From: Candidatus Thorarchaeota archaeon
Lineage (GTDB): Archaea > Asgardarchaeota > Thorarchaeia > Thorarchaeales > Thorarchaeaceae
NCBI GenBank assembly: GCA_029858305.1
Contig: JAOUFI010000001.1
Span: forward strand, 39 to 64,038
Length of the DNA stretch: 64,000 bases
Reading direction: 5' to 3'
Positions 1-8,914 of the stretch are shown one piece after another. Below the pieces are notes generated by a model. It worked only from the letters and a program-made list of their open reading frames with translations. It had not been told where the DNA came from and ran no database searches. A program made the position numbers and the translations under genes. Numbering within the stretch: the first letter of the stretch is position 1; each line of letters begins with the position of its first letter.

Positions 1-79
1 GCCTTCTTTGGAGAGATAAAGTGAGAGTTACATCAACTCAATCACATGAACAGACGACATACTCAATTGTATTCCATTC

Positions 80-2197
80 CTATTTCGCACGCCGTATCTC
101 TTCTACAGCCTCTGGGTTGACCAACGATGATGTGTCCCCAGGATCTTCTCCAAGATATGCAGCACGAATCATTCGTCGCATTACCTTTGCGTTTCTTGTC
201 TTGGGTAGATCTGATACAAACAACACAGCCTTTGGCGTTAGGGGTTTGCCCATAGCAGTAATTACTACCTGCTTGAGTTCTTCTCTCAATTGTTCGGAGG
301 GTTCTACTCCTGGTACTAGTACACAGAAGACCACAAGTTCGTTCAATTTTATCTCATGAGGAACTCCTATCGCTGCAGCTTCTGCGACTGATGGGTGACT
401 GACAAGTACAGATTCCGCTTCAGCAGGTCCAAAGCGTTTGCCAGCTATTTTGATGATATCATCAGACCTTCCAAGAATGTACCAGAGATTATCCCAATCA
501 ATTGCAGCAAAATCTCCATGAACCCAAACATTCTTCCATCGAGACCAGTATGTGCGTTCATATCTTTCTTTGTCTTTCCAGAATCCTCGAGTCATTCCAA
601 TCCATGGTGATTTGATCACAAGCTCTCCAACTCTATTTCGTATAGGCTTTCCATCCTCATCAAAAACGTCTGCAGCAATCCCTGGACAGGGACCAGAAAA
701 GGCACATGCCTTGAGAGGGAGCAAGGGATTTCCCATGACAATCCCACCAGAGATTTCTGTTCCACCAGAATAGTTCATGATGGGTATCTTCCGCTTTCCA
801 ACCTTCTCGAAGAGCCACATCCATGGGTCGGGATTCCATGGTTCACCTGTAGAGCCGAAGAAGCGGAGTGACGACAGATCATGTGGCTTAACAGGATTCT
901 CTCCATGAGTCATCAACAACCGAATGAGTGTGGGTGAAACACCTAGAATCCTTACCCCATGTCTTGCAACCATTTCCCAAAGCCGGCCAGGATTGGGGTA
1001 GTCTGGTGCTCCATCGTAGAGGAAAAATGTCCCTCCGAGAATGAGCGCTCCAAACACAAGCCAGGGACCCATCATCCAACCCATGTCGGTCATCCAATAG
1101 ATTAGCTCGCCAGAGTGGAGGTCAGTGCCAAAGGCCATATCTTGAGCTGCCTTTACTGGGAAGCCGCAGTGGGTGTGTACTGCACCCTTAGCTAGACCTG
1201 TTGTCCCAGACGTATAGATAATCATCAGAGGCGCTTCTGCGTCTGTAACTTCAGTTGGAGCAGAATCGGATTGACCAGAGATAAGCTCGTCCCACCAGTG
1301 ATCTCTGCCGGTTTTCATTTCAACAGTTTCGCGGATCTGTCGGAGAACTATCATATGCTGTAGAGTAGGAATCAGTTTTGCAGCATCATCAGCGACTGGT
1401 TTCATGAGTATTGTCTTGTTTCTTCGGACAACTCCATCTGCAGTGAATAGAACCTTTGCATCCGCATCAGCGAGTCTGTCAACAATCGCATTTACTCCAA
1501 ATCCTGAGAAGAGAGGTAGAATTATTCCCCCAATCTTTGCAATTGCCAAGAGCGCAACCGCAATCTCTGGTACCATCGGCATGTAGATTCCTATTGCATC
1601 ACCAGGACCCAGTCCTAAGGAACGAAGTGCATTTGCGACTTTGTTCACTTCTTGGAATAATTCACGATAGGTCAAGGAACGTGTTGTCCCATCTTCTCCT
1701 TCCCACAATAATGCTGGCTGACGTTCAGTTGATGTTCCCATGTACTTGTCCAGGCAATTATGGACGATGTTTAGCTTTCCACCAATGCACCAATGTGGTC
1801 TTGCTATGCCCCCTGAGAGATCTACGACCTGCATATAGGGTTCATAGAACCTAATGTCGAGGAACTTCAGGAGGGCGTCTGAAAACCATGCAACATCATC
1901 TGTGGATCTGCGCATCAATTCTTCAAAAGACTCTATTTGATGTGCTTGCATGAATTTGGTAAGATTTGCCTTCTGTATGTGCTCTGCTGTCGGTCGCCAG
2001 ACTATCTCGCCACCAAACTCGAAGGTCTCTTTCACGGTCCTGGTTCCTCTCTCATCATGAAGATGCCATAATTGTTGAAGTTCTTTCATCAGTACGTATC
2101 CGTTATTACTCTTCTTAATATGCAACATCAATAAGCCTTTTAGCGATAAAATTCCTGCGAGGGTCAGAGGTTTATCTCGTGACTGAGACTGCTCCAA
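80..2197 (-). CDS. acs: AMP-forming acetyl-/acyl-CoA synthetase
   Basis: 705-aa ORF. AMP-binding signature YTSGTTGLAKGAVHTH. The N-terminal region (WRPT..ANLTKFM..GGKLNIVHNCLD) is typical of acetate-CoA ligases. C-terminal PKTRNAKVMRR. The first 23-36 codons overlap the divergent korB ORF, so the real start is probably an internal Met (2128 or 2089). Confidence 0.85.
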   Translation of the reverse strand: MEQSQSRDKPLTLAGILSLKGLLMLHIKKSNNGYVLMKELQQLWHLHDERGTRTVKETFEFGGEIVWRPTAEHIQKANLTKFMQAHQIESFEELMRRSTDDVAWFSDALLKFLDIRFYEPYMQVVDLSGGIARPHWCIGGKLNIVHNCLDKYMGTSTERQPALLWEGEDGTTRSLTYRELFQEVNKVANALRSLGLGPGDAIGIYMPMVPEIAVALLAIAKIGGIILPLFSGFGVNAIVDRLADADAKVLFTADGVVRRNKTILMKPVADDAAKLIPTLQHMIVLRQIRETVEMKTGRDHWWDELISGQSDSAPTEVTDAEAPLMIIYTSGTTGLAKGAVHTHCGFPVKAAQDMAFGTDLHSGELIYWMTDMGWMMGPWLVFGALILGGTFFLYDGAPDYPNPGRLWEMVARHGVRILGVSPTLIRLLMTHGENPVKPHDLSSLRFFGSTGEPWNPDPWMWLFEKVGKRKIPIMNYSGGTEISGGIVMGNPLLPLKACAFSGPCPGIAADVFDEDGKPIRNRVGELVIKSPWIGMTRGFWKDKERYERTYWSRWKNVWVHGDFAAIDWDNLWYILGRSDDIIKIAGKRFGPAEAESVLVSHPSVAEAAAIGVPHEIKLNELVVFCVLVPGVEPSEQLREELKQVVITAMGKPLTPKAVLFVSDLPKTRNAKVMRRMIRAAYLGEDPGDTSSLVNPEAVEEIRRAK

Positions 2198-3024
2198 TCC
2201 TTAAGCATCCAATGTCGAAGTACATTAGGGAAGACCGTCTTCCATATATTTACTGTTCGGGCTGTTCTGTAGGTATTGTATCGGGGATGCTTGCCAGAGC
2301 AATCGATAACCTAGGACTCGATTTCAATAATACAGTCATAATCTCTGGTATCGGGTGTACGGGAAGAACATCAGGTTACTTCAAGACAGGAACTTACCAC
2401 ACCACTCATGGAAGAGCGATAGCTTTTGCCGAGGGTGTAAAAATTGCTAACCCTGAGCTTGAGGTCATCGTCGTTAGCGGGGATGGTGATGTTGCAGCAA
2501 TTGGAGGTAACCACCTCATCCATGCGTGTCGGAGAAACATCGATATCACGGTAGTCTGCATTAATAACGAGAATTATGGAATGACTGGAGGACAATTCGG
2601 TCCGACCACTGAACATGGGCGGTTTTCCCAGACAAGCCCTGCACCAATTGGAAACATAGAGCACCCATTCAACCTTGTAAAACTTGCAGCATCCTCAGGT
2701 GCGACCTTCGTAGCAAGATGGACTGCAGTTCAAGTCCGAAGAGCGACAAAATCGATTGAGAAGGCAATAATGAGGAAGGGCTTCTCATTTGTCGAAATAA
2801 TTGGTGCTTGCCCCACAGCCTATGGTAGAATGAACCGATTAGGCGATGGAATGGCAATGCACAAACACCTATTGGAAGTCGCCGAAATTCAAAATGGGCT
2901 TCCGCCGCATGAGGCTGAAATGGATTATGATACAAGAATAGTGTGCGGCGAGTTTGTGGATATTGAAAAACCAGAGTACACAGCCGTATTACGAGAGATG
3001 CAGCGCCGAGCCAAGGGTGAATGA
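2179..3024 (+). CDS. korB: 2-oxoacid:ferredoxin oxidoreductase, beta (TPP-binding) subunit
   Basis: 281 aa. Motifs CSGCSVG, GIGCTGR, HGRAIAFAEG, GDGDVAAIGGNHLIHACRRNIDI, NNENYGMTGGQ match the KorB/OorB family. GTG start at 2179 or ATG at 2212. Confidence 0.85.
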   Translation: MTETAPILKHPMSKYIREDRLPYIYCSGCSVGIVSGMLARAIDNLGLDFNNTVIISGIGCTGRTSGYFKTGTYHTTHGRAIAFAEGVKIANPELEVIVVSGDGDVAAIGGNHLIHACRRNIDITVVCINNENYGMTGGQFGPTTEHGRFSQTSPAPIGNIEHPFNLVKLAASSGATFVARWTAVQVRRATKSIEKAIMRKGFSFVEIIGACPTAYGRMNRLGDGMAMHKHLLEVAEIQNGLPPHEAEMDYDTRIVCGEFVDIEKPEYTAVLREMQRRAKGE

Positions 3025-3586
3025 TTTGAGCAGGTACGAGATCAGAATCGGGGGTTTTGGTGGTCAAGGTGTAGTCACCATGGCGGTAGTGGTCGGTGAA
3101 ACCGCAGCACTACACGATGGAAAGTACGTTGTCCAGACACAGTCCTACGGACCAGAGGCTCGGGGTGGTGCAAGCAAGAGCGAGATAGTCATCTCTGACG
3201 TAGAAGTCGATTATCCAAAGGTCATCGCGCCAGATGTGTTTGTGGCGATGAGTAGGGCCGCGTATTTGGAGTATATTCATGGTCTAAAGGAGAATGGTGT
3301 GCTCATTATAGATGAAGATCTTGTAGATGTAGAGGGCGAGCTTCCAGAGGGAGTAAAGGTCTATCGGATACCAGCAACAAGGATAGCTGATAAGGACGTG
3401 GGCAACAAACAGGCAACCAATGTAGTGATGTTGGGAGCTTTTACAGTCATTACGCAGGCATTGTCAATTAAGGGTCTGAAGGCAAGAATCGAAGAACGTT
3501 GGCCTAGATTTCTTAAGAGCAACATGCTAGCTTTAGAATTGGGAATAAAAGCTGGCGAAGAGGCATTAGCAAAAGGTGGTAAATAA
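3017..3586 (+). CDS. korG: 2-oxoacid:ferredoxin oxidoreductase, gamma subunit
   Basis: RIGGFGGQGVVTMA...QSYGPEARGGASKSEIVISD is the gamma-subunit signature. The track ORF starts at 2954, but an in-frame GTG at 3017 overlaps the korB stop (GGTGAATGA), giving a typical ~189-aa product. Confidence 0.8.
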   Translation: MNDLSRYEIRIGGFGGQGVVTMAVVVGETAALHDGKYVVQTQSYGPEARGGASKSEIVISDVEVDYPKVIAPDVFVAMSRAAYLEYIHGLKENGVLIIDEDLVDVEGELPEGVKVYRIPATRIADKDVGNKQATNVVMLGAFTVITQALSIKGLKARIEERWPRFLKSNMLALELGIKAGEEALAKGGK

Positions 3587-3593
3587 CTTCAGA

Positions 3594-4376
3594 TTAACCA
3601 CTTAGCCCTCGAATTGCAATAACAGCGGCACCCAAAGCACCAGTGAATTGAGGTTTTTCAGGAATCCATAGCTCGGTTCCTAGTTGTTTGGATATGTAGT
3701 ATCTGAATGCAGGATTCAATGCCACACCGCCAGTTATACAGACAGGACGAACAGTTCCAACACGCTTTGAGAGAGATGCAATTTTTGCCGCCATTGAAGC
3801 ATGAACGCCAGCTGCAATATCTGCTGGATCCTTTCCTGCACCTATGTGGCCTACTACCTCGCTCTCAGCAAAAACAGTACATGTGCTACTGATAGTTGCA
3901 GGAGAGAGTGATTTCAGTGCAAGAGGCCCAAGCTCATCAATAGATACACCGAGAACACCAGCCATAACTTCAAGAAATCTTCCCGTTCCTGCTGAACACT
4001 TGTCATTCAGCTCGAAATCTACTGGTCTTCCATCTTGACCGATACGAATGACCTTCGAGTCCTGACCTCCAACATCAATCAGAAGGCGAATATCTGGATT
4101 CAACGAGTGGATACCCACACTGTGACATGTAATTTCAGTGACAGATTGTTCAGCATTTTCTACACGAGTGCGTCCATAACCTGTGCTGATTATTGGGATA
4201 CCCTTTAGTTTTAGCTTGGAAGAGGATGCAATCTCATCCATTATCTTCTCAACAGCACGAGAGCCAGATGCTCCGGTGGGCATGATAAAGTCAGAAATGA
4301 TTTTTAGCGTATTATCAAGAAGGACGCCTTTTGCAGTAGTAGATCCAATGTCTATACCAATTCCATATTTTCCCAA
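3594..4376 (-). CDS. hgdC: 2-hydroxyacyl-CoA dehydratase activase (BadF/BadG/BcrA/BcrD ATPase family, HgdC-like)
   Basis: 260 aa. N-terminal GIDIGSTTAKGVLL (acetate/sugar-kinase fold), DVGGQDSK, cluster-bridging Cys contexts NDKCSAGTGRF and STCTVFAES, GGVALN. Confidence 0.85.
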   Translation of the reverse strand: MGKYGIGIDIGSTTAKGVLLDNTLKIISDFIMPTGASGSRAVEKIMDEIASSSKLKLKGIPIISTGYGRTRVENAEQSVTEITCHSVGIHSLNPDIRLLIDVGGQDSKVIRIGQDGRPVDFELNDKCSAGTGRFLEVMAGVLGVSIDELGPLALKSLSPATISSTCTVFAESEVVGHIGAGKDPADIAAGVHASMAAKIASLSKRVGTVRPVCITGGVALNPAFRYYISKQLGTELWIPEKPQFTGALGAAVIAIRGLSG

Positions 4377-4386
4377 GTTTACAACC

Positions 4387-5613
4387 TCAAATGAACATCT
4401 CTAGGAGCGCATCAATGCGTGTTTGTATCTGAGCCTCATTGAATACTCTCGAATCTACCATATCGCCCTCGATAATAACACCAGGCACTCCTGTTCGTTC
4501 TGTGACTAACTCCTTCGAAATAAGTTGTCCAAGGGAATATCGTTTGCAGGATCGTACAGAGAACATGAGAAATCCGTCAAGATTGTAGTCCTCGATGAGT
4601 TCACACATCTTGTCAACTTTGGCATCAAGACCCTTGTTGAGATAAACATTCGAATAGATGCTTACAACACTTTCATACAAGTCATCTCCCTCTATTGCTC
4701 CCGACCATGCATGTGTGTAGGTATCAGCTGGGAACACAACTCCTCTCTTCGCCAGACCATTAAAGAAACGGAAAATGGCATGCCAAGGCGGAATATTGTC
4801 CCAGAGAAGTCGTATCTTCTCATCTCTGATGGCACCAATACTATTCTTCACCCTTGATTCAACCTCATCAAGCAGAGTCTGATAAAAGTCAATGATAAGA
4901 TCGGTGCCTCTCATTGAAACAACTGGTGCCATAGCTAGGAAGCGATCAGCACAGTTCAACGGGGAGGGAGTGTTCTTACATGCTGCAAGGGAACTCGTCC
5001 ATAGATGAATCGCTTTACTAGAGAGTGCTGCAACCTCACGCATCCTCTTTTCTGTGAGTGTTGCATTGAATGTTCTTCCAAGAAAGTCAACAAGTCTGTC
5101 AATCCCTCTTCGTACATACTCCTTGTGATGTTCAGGTTGCTCTCCATCAATTGGTGGTGTATCTAGAAGGAATACAGGTGCTCCTGTCTGCTCTGACACC
5201 GCATCATACCATCTAAGAACGGTTCCGCAGATGTTATTACAAGCGAGGAGTGCTTGTGGAGTAGGTAGACCCTCCATGGGACTTTCACTCGGTTTTTCTA
5301 CAGAACCAATACTAGATCTAGCATAAGAACAGAGTTCCTGCGAGTAACCAATCTCCTCTGCATAACCACATAGCTCAGGACCAACCTTCTGGGACCCAAC
5401 AACTGCCCCATACTGTTCGGGATAACTTACACCAACGCCCATAGCTACTGGAATCTCAACAGGAAATCCTGATGTCACCCATGCAAGATGTTTCTCCTCA
5501 CTTGCTTGATGACCTTCCAACATATACTGAAACATTATCTGTTGAAGTAATGTATTCGATTCAAGCTGACGATACACTTTCTCCTCTTTCTTCGTTTCTG
5601 TCAATATAGGCAC
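4387..5613 (-). CDS. 2-hydroxyacyl-CoA dehydratase subunit (HGD-D family)
   Basis: 408 aa. FPVEIPVAMG, LCSYARSS, LLACNNICGT and UDP-like LLDTPP patterns typical of HgdA/HgdB/BcrB-C family proteins. Lies 10 nt upstream of the activase. Confidence 0.75.
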   Translation of the reverse strand: MPILTETKKEEKVYRQLESNTLLQQIMFQYMLEGHQASEEKHLAWVTSGFPVEIPVAMGVGVSYPEQYGAVVGSQKVGPELCGYAEEIGYSQELCSYARSSIGSVEKPSESPMEGLPTPQALLACNNICGTVLRWYDAVSEQTGAPVFLLDTPPIDGEQPEHHKEYVRRGIDRLVDFLGRTFNATLTEKRMREVAALSSKAIHLWTSSLAACKNTPSPLNCADRFLAMAPVVSMRGTDLIIDFYQTLLDEVESRVKNSIGAIRDEKIRLLWDNIPPWHAIFRFFNGLAKRGVVFPADTYTHAWSGAIEGDDLYESVVSIYSNVYLNKGLDAKVDKMCELIEDYNLDGFLMFSVRSCKRYSLGQLISKELVTERTGVPGVIIEGDMVDSRVFNEAQIQTRIDALLEMFI

Positions 5614-5614
5614 C

Positions 5615-6847
5615 TCATGATTTACTAAGCGATTCCAAGAAACTTTGTATTCTTACTTCCATCCGAGCCCTATCAGAGAGTTCTGGATCAATTGGGATTC
5701 TCACGGTTCTAATACCGTGCTTCGAAGCGGCTTTCTCAATTGATGGGGCTTCAAACTGGTCAGGATCACAGAAGGATTGTTCACAAATCATCACCCCATC
5801 AATCTGCAATGCATCGAAAAGGCTCTCAAGATATTTCACTCGATGGATCAGACCTTCTTGGGTTGGTTCACCAGGAGAGGATAGGATAGATTTCGCCATT
5901 TGTTCGAAAGGCGTACCTTTCGTAACTAAAGGTGGCGTAAATGCTGTTTTAAAGCCAAATGAAAGCAAGTCTAGTACTAACACTGAATCTGTTATTCCTC
6001 GAATGCCAGTGATAACATTAGCAATTGCCTGAGGCTCAACCATTCCTCCCGTTACAATAATTCGAGGGCGGATTATTGGTTCAAAATTATCAATATTAGA
6101 GAAGTCTCTTGTTTTCAAAGCTCTGAGTATGGAATCCACAGTACCAGCAAATCCCATATCTTTCATTTTTTCTTTAACTGATGAAGTAATAGCGTAGATC
6201 TCGGAACCTATCACCGGGAGAGGTGTCGTGAGAAAAGCTCTAGCCAAACGGCATAGATCAGTGTAAGATAGAACAGATGGGTCTAGCAATCTTGCACCGT
6301 ACAGATATTGTGAATCCTTTCGGAACTGACCAATAAGGGATTTTGCTCGCTCAAAGTATTGCGAAACAAATGGACGATCTAATGATTTCTCAATTGCTTC
6401 ACTCAGTAGTTGAAGCTCTGTCGTTAGGTACTTCACTGTGGAGCCATCTTTTTCATGTCGCGTGACAGGATAGGTCAAACGAAAAATAGTATCATCGGGA
6501 AAACGAAACCGCCAAACATCAAATAAATTCTGAAGAGAGTCGCAGGTGTTGCCCGGAAAGATTAGACCAGCTAAAGAAGGCATTTGATCATTGGTCCGCT
6601 GGCTGTATAGATTTCTAATGTAAGAACAAGCAAATGTCTGAAGGCTTTCTTCAAAGCCACCAGGTACACCAGGGAGAGCTCGTAGGAGTGATGGTGTCAG
6701 GCCATGTGCCAGAATCAGCTCAAGAGGTGTGTGAGGATAGATGTATCCGATTACTTCCTCACCGTCCTTGAGAAGTTGTCGCAGGTTGGCTGCAGATTGT
6801 TCCAATACTCCTTCGTAGCTCAAGACTGTTTCCTCGCGTAAATGCAA
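5615..6847 (-). CDS. 2-hydroxyacyl-CoA dehydratase subunit (HGD-D family, partner subunit)
   Basis: 410 aa. VIGYIYPHTPLELILAHGLTP and FACSYIRN motifs. Its stop abuts the start of the 4387-5613 gene (1-nt gap), giving a three-gene operon with the activase. Confidence 0.7.
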   Translation of the reverse strand: MHLREETVLSYEGVLEQSAANLRQLLKDGEEVIGYIYPHTPLELILAHGLTPSLLRALPGVPGGFEESLQTFACSYIRNLYSQRTNDQMPSLAGLIFPGNTCDSLQNLFDVWRFRFPDDTIFRLTYPVTRHEKDGSTVKYLTTELQLLSEAIEKSLDRPFVSQYFERAKSLIGQFRKDSQYLYGARLLDPSVLSYTDLCRLARAFLTTPLPVIGSEIYAITSSVKEKMKDMGFAGTVDSILRALKTRDFSNIDNFEPIIRPRIIVTGGMVEPQAIANVITGIRGITDSVLVLDLLSFGFKTAFTPPLVTKGTPFEQMAKSILSSPGEPTQEGLIHRVKYLESLFDALQIDGVMICEQSFCDPDQFEAPSIEKAASKHGIRTVRIPIDPELSDRARMEVRIQSFLESLSKS

Positions 6848-7018
6848 TAGCCTAATGATGAGTTTTATGCACTATCCATCTTATTTCTTATGCTACAGAT
6901 GGAAATCAGGGTCAGTAGAAGAAAATATCAGCAACGAATACTATGTGCATCGGCTATACCTTGAATATATTTGGCTATAAAATCACGTGCCAAGTTGTGA
7001 AAGGGAGAGGAACCAAAT

Positions 7019-8770
7019 ATGAAAGAACAATTATGGCATACGAAAAGATGGCCGCCAACTGTCAAGAAAACTCTTGACTATCCGGATGCGCCTCTCTTCG
7101 CATTGCTTGATAATATTGCTAAGGAACATCCTGATGCGCCTTCGACCCTATGGTCTGGCGTATCTAGATCGTTTGCAGAAGTGAAAGACCATGCGGACAG
7201 AATTGCCAATTTCTTAGTGAGTAGGGGAATAAAGAAGGGAGATCGCGTTGCGATTTTTCTGCCCAACCTGCCTTTTTATCCACCTATCTTCTTTGGTATT
7301 CTGAAGACTGGTGCGATTGCAGTAACATGCAACCCATCGTATACTCCAGGAGAGTTAAACTTCCAGCTGAAGGACGCTGGTGTGAAGGCTGTATTTTGTA
7401 TGGATGATAAGAGATTCACACCAATGACCTACAAAGCGTCTGAAGGAACTGAAGTTGAGACTGTGATTGTATGTAGTGTGAAGAGCTTCCTGCCAAAGGC
7501 GAAAGCTACTATCGGAGGTCTCTTGGGCAAGATACCAAAGAGCCCGTACTACGAAGAGGGCAAGACCTTCTTTTATGACAATATAGTAACTGAATTTGAA
7601 CCGGAAGCTCCGAAAGTCAAAATTAATCCAAAGGAAGATCTTGCGCTCATACTCTATACTGGAGGAACAACAGGTACACCCAAGGGAGCGATGTTGACAC
7701 ATCGGAATTTGTATGCCAATGTGATGCAAATCGACGAATGGGTTCAACTAGAACCCAAAGGTGGTGGAACTCCTGAGAAACTGAAACGGGGTGTAGAAAT
7801 CTACGTTGGGGCTCTGCCATGGTATCACAGCTATGGATTGACTTTGACCATGATTGCATCATATCTGATGGGAAGTGCTGTGATCTGCATTCCTGACCCA
7901 AGAGCCGGAAAGCCACCGTTGACAGAGTTGCTTGCGGATGTTCAGAAGTATAAAGGGAGCATTATGCACTGCGTTCCAGCACTCTATGCTGGGATGGTTA
8001 ATCATCCCAATGTTGGCAAGTATGACCTATCTACAATCAAGGCTTGCGGATCTGGAGCTGCACCACTACCACCAGAACTAGCAAAGAACTTTGAAGCAAA
8101 GACTGGGGCTATTGTGTTTGAAGGATATGGTTTGACTGAAACTTCACCTATGACTCATGCAAATCCATCTCTTACGAATCTTCGTAAGTTTGGTTCTATT
8201 GGAGTACCAATTCCAGACACACATTCCATTATTCTCGATATGGAAACTGGAGAGAAAGAACTAGCCCAAGGAGAAACTGGAGAGATAGCAGTTAGTGGTC
8301 CACAAGTATTCCGAGGCTATTGGAACAAACCAAAAGAAACAGCTGAAGTTTTCCGTGAAATTAAAGGTACAAAGTACTTCCTTACGGGCGATATTGGTCA
8401 TATCGATGAGGATGGTTTCTTTGTCATCTCTGACAGAAAGAAAGACATGGTCAATATTGGTGGACTCAAGGCTTATCCACGAGAGATTGAGGATACTTTG
8501 TATGAGCACCCTGCGATTGCCATGGCAGCCGCTATCGGAGTGCCAAAAGGTGATGACACAGGAAACGAATTCGTAAAGGCGTTTGTTGTCCTGAAGGATG
8601 GACAATCTGCAACACCGGAAGAGATTGTGGAATGGGCTAAGGAGAAACTAGCCAGCTACAAGAGACCTCGAGAGGTTGAGATTATGGACAAACTCCCGGT
8701 CAGTACAGCAGGCAAAGTTTTGAGAAGAGAACTCCGTGCAAATGAACTCAAGAAGAGAGGTCTTGAATAG
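7019..8770 (+). CDS. fadD: long-/medium-chain acyl-CoA ligase (FadD-like, AMP-dependent synthetase)
   Basis: 583 aa. YTGGTTGTPKGAMLTH, YGLTETSP, TGDIGHIDEDGFFVISDRKKDMV, GKVLRREL. GGGAGAGG SD lies 9 nt upstream of the ATG. Confidence 0.85.
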   Translation: MKEQLWHTKRWPPTVKKTLDYPDAPLFALLDNIAKEHPDAPSTLWSGVSRSFAEVKDHADRIANFLVSRGIKKGDRVAIFLPNLPFYPPIFFGILKTGAIAVTCNPSYTPGELNFQLKDAGVKAVFCMDDKRFTPMTYKASEGTEVETVIVCSVKSFLPKAKATIGGLLGKIPKSPYYEEGKTFFYDNIVTEFEPEAPKVKINPKEDLALILYTGGTTGTPKGAMLTHRNLYANVMQIDEWVQLEPKGGGTPEKLKRGVEIYVGALPWYHSYGLTLTMIASYLMGSAVICIPDPRAGKPPLTELLADVQKYKGSIMHCVPALYAGMVNHPNVGKYDLSTIKACGSGAAPLPPELAKNFEAKTGAIVFEGYGLTETSPMTHANPSLTNLRKFGSIGVPIPDTHSIILDMETGEKELAQGETGEIAVSGPQVFRGYWNKPKETAEVFREIKGTKYFLTGDIGHIDEDGFFVISDRKKDMVNIGGLKAYPREIEDTLYEHPAIAMAAAIGVPKGDDTGNEFVKAFVVLKDGQSATPEEIVEWAKEKLASYKRPREVEIMDKLPVSTAGKVLRRELRANELKKRGLE

Positions 8771-8780
8771 ACCAAATAAA

Positions 8781-8812
8781 GCGGGAGGTTCGTCTCCCGC
8801 ACTCTATTTTTC
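8781..8812 (+). terminator. hairpin plus T-run after fadD copy 1
   Basis: GCGGGAG-gttcgt-CTCCCGC perfect 7-bp stem, 11 nt after the stop, followed by ACTCTATTTTTCT. Confidence 0.4.
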
Positions 8813-8914
8813 TACTATCCTCAAAGAATATCAATGGCTTTAGCAATACCGTAGGGATAGGCAATCATCAAAGATTGCATTAATTCGAGATTGAAAGAGA
8901 GGAGATGAAGCATT

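Noticed and set aside
21-359. 112-aa plus-strand ORF at the window start.
   Set aside because: It is antisense to the well-supported C-terminus of the acetyl-CoA synthetase and has no motif.
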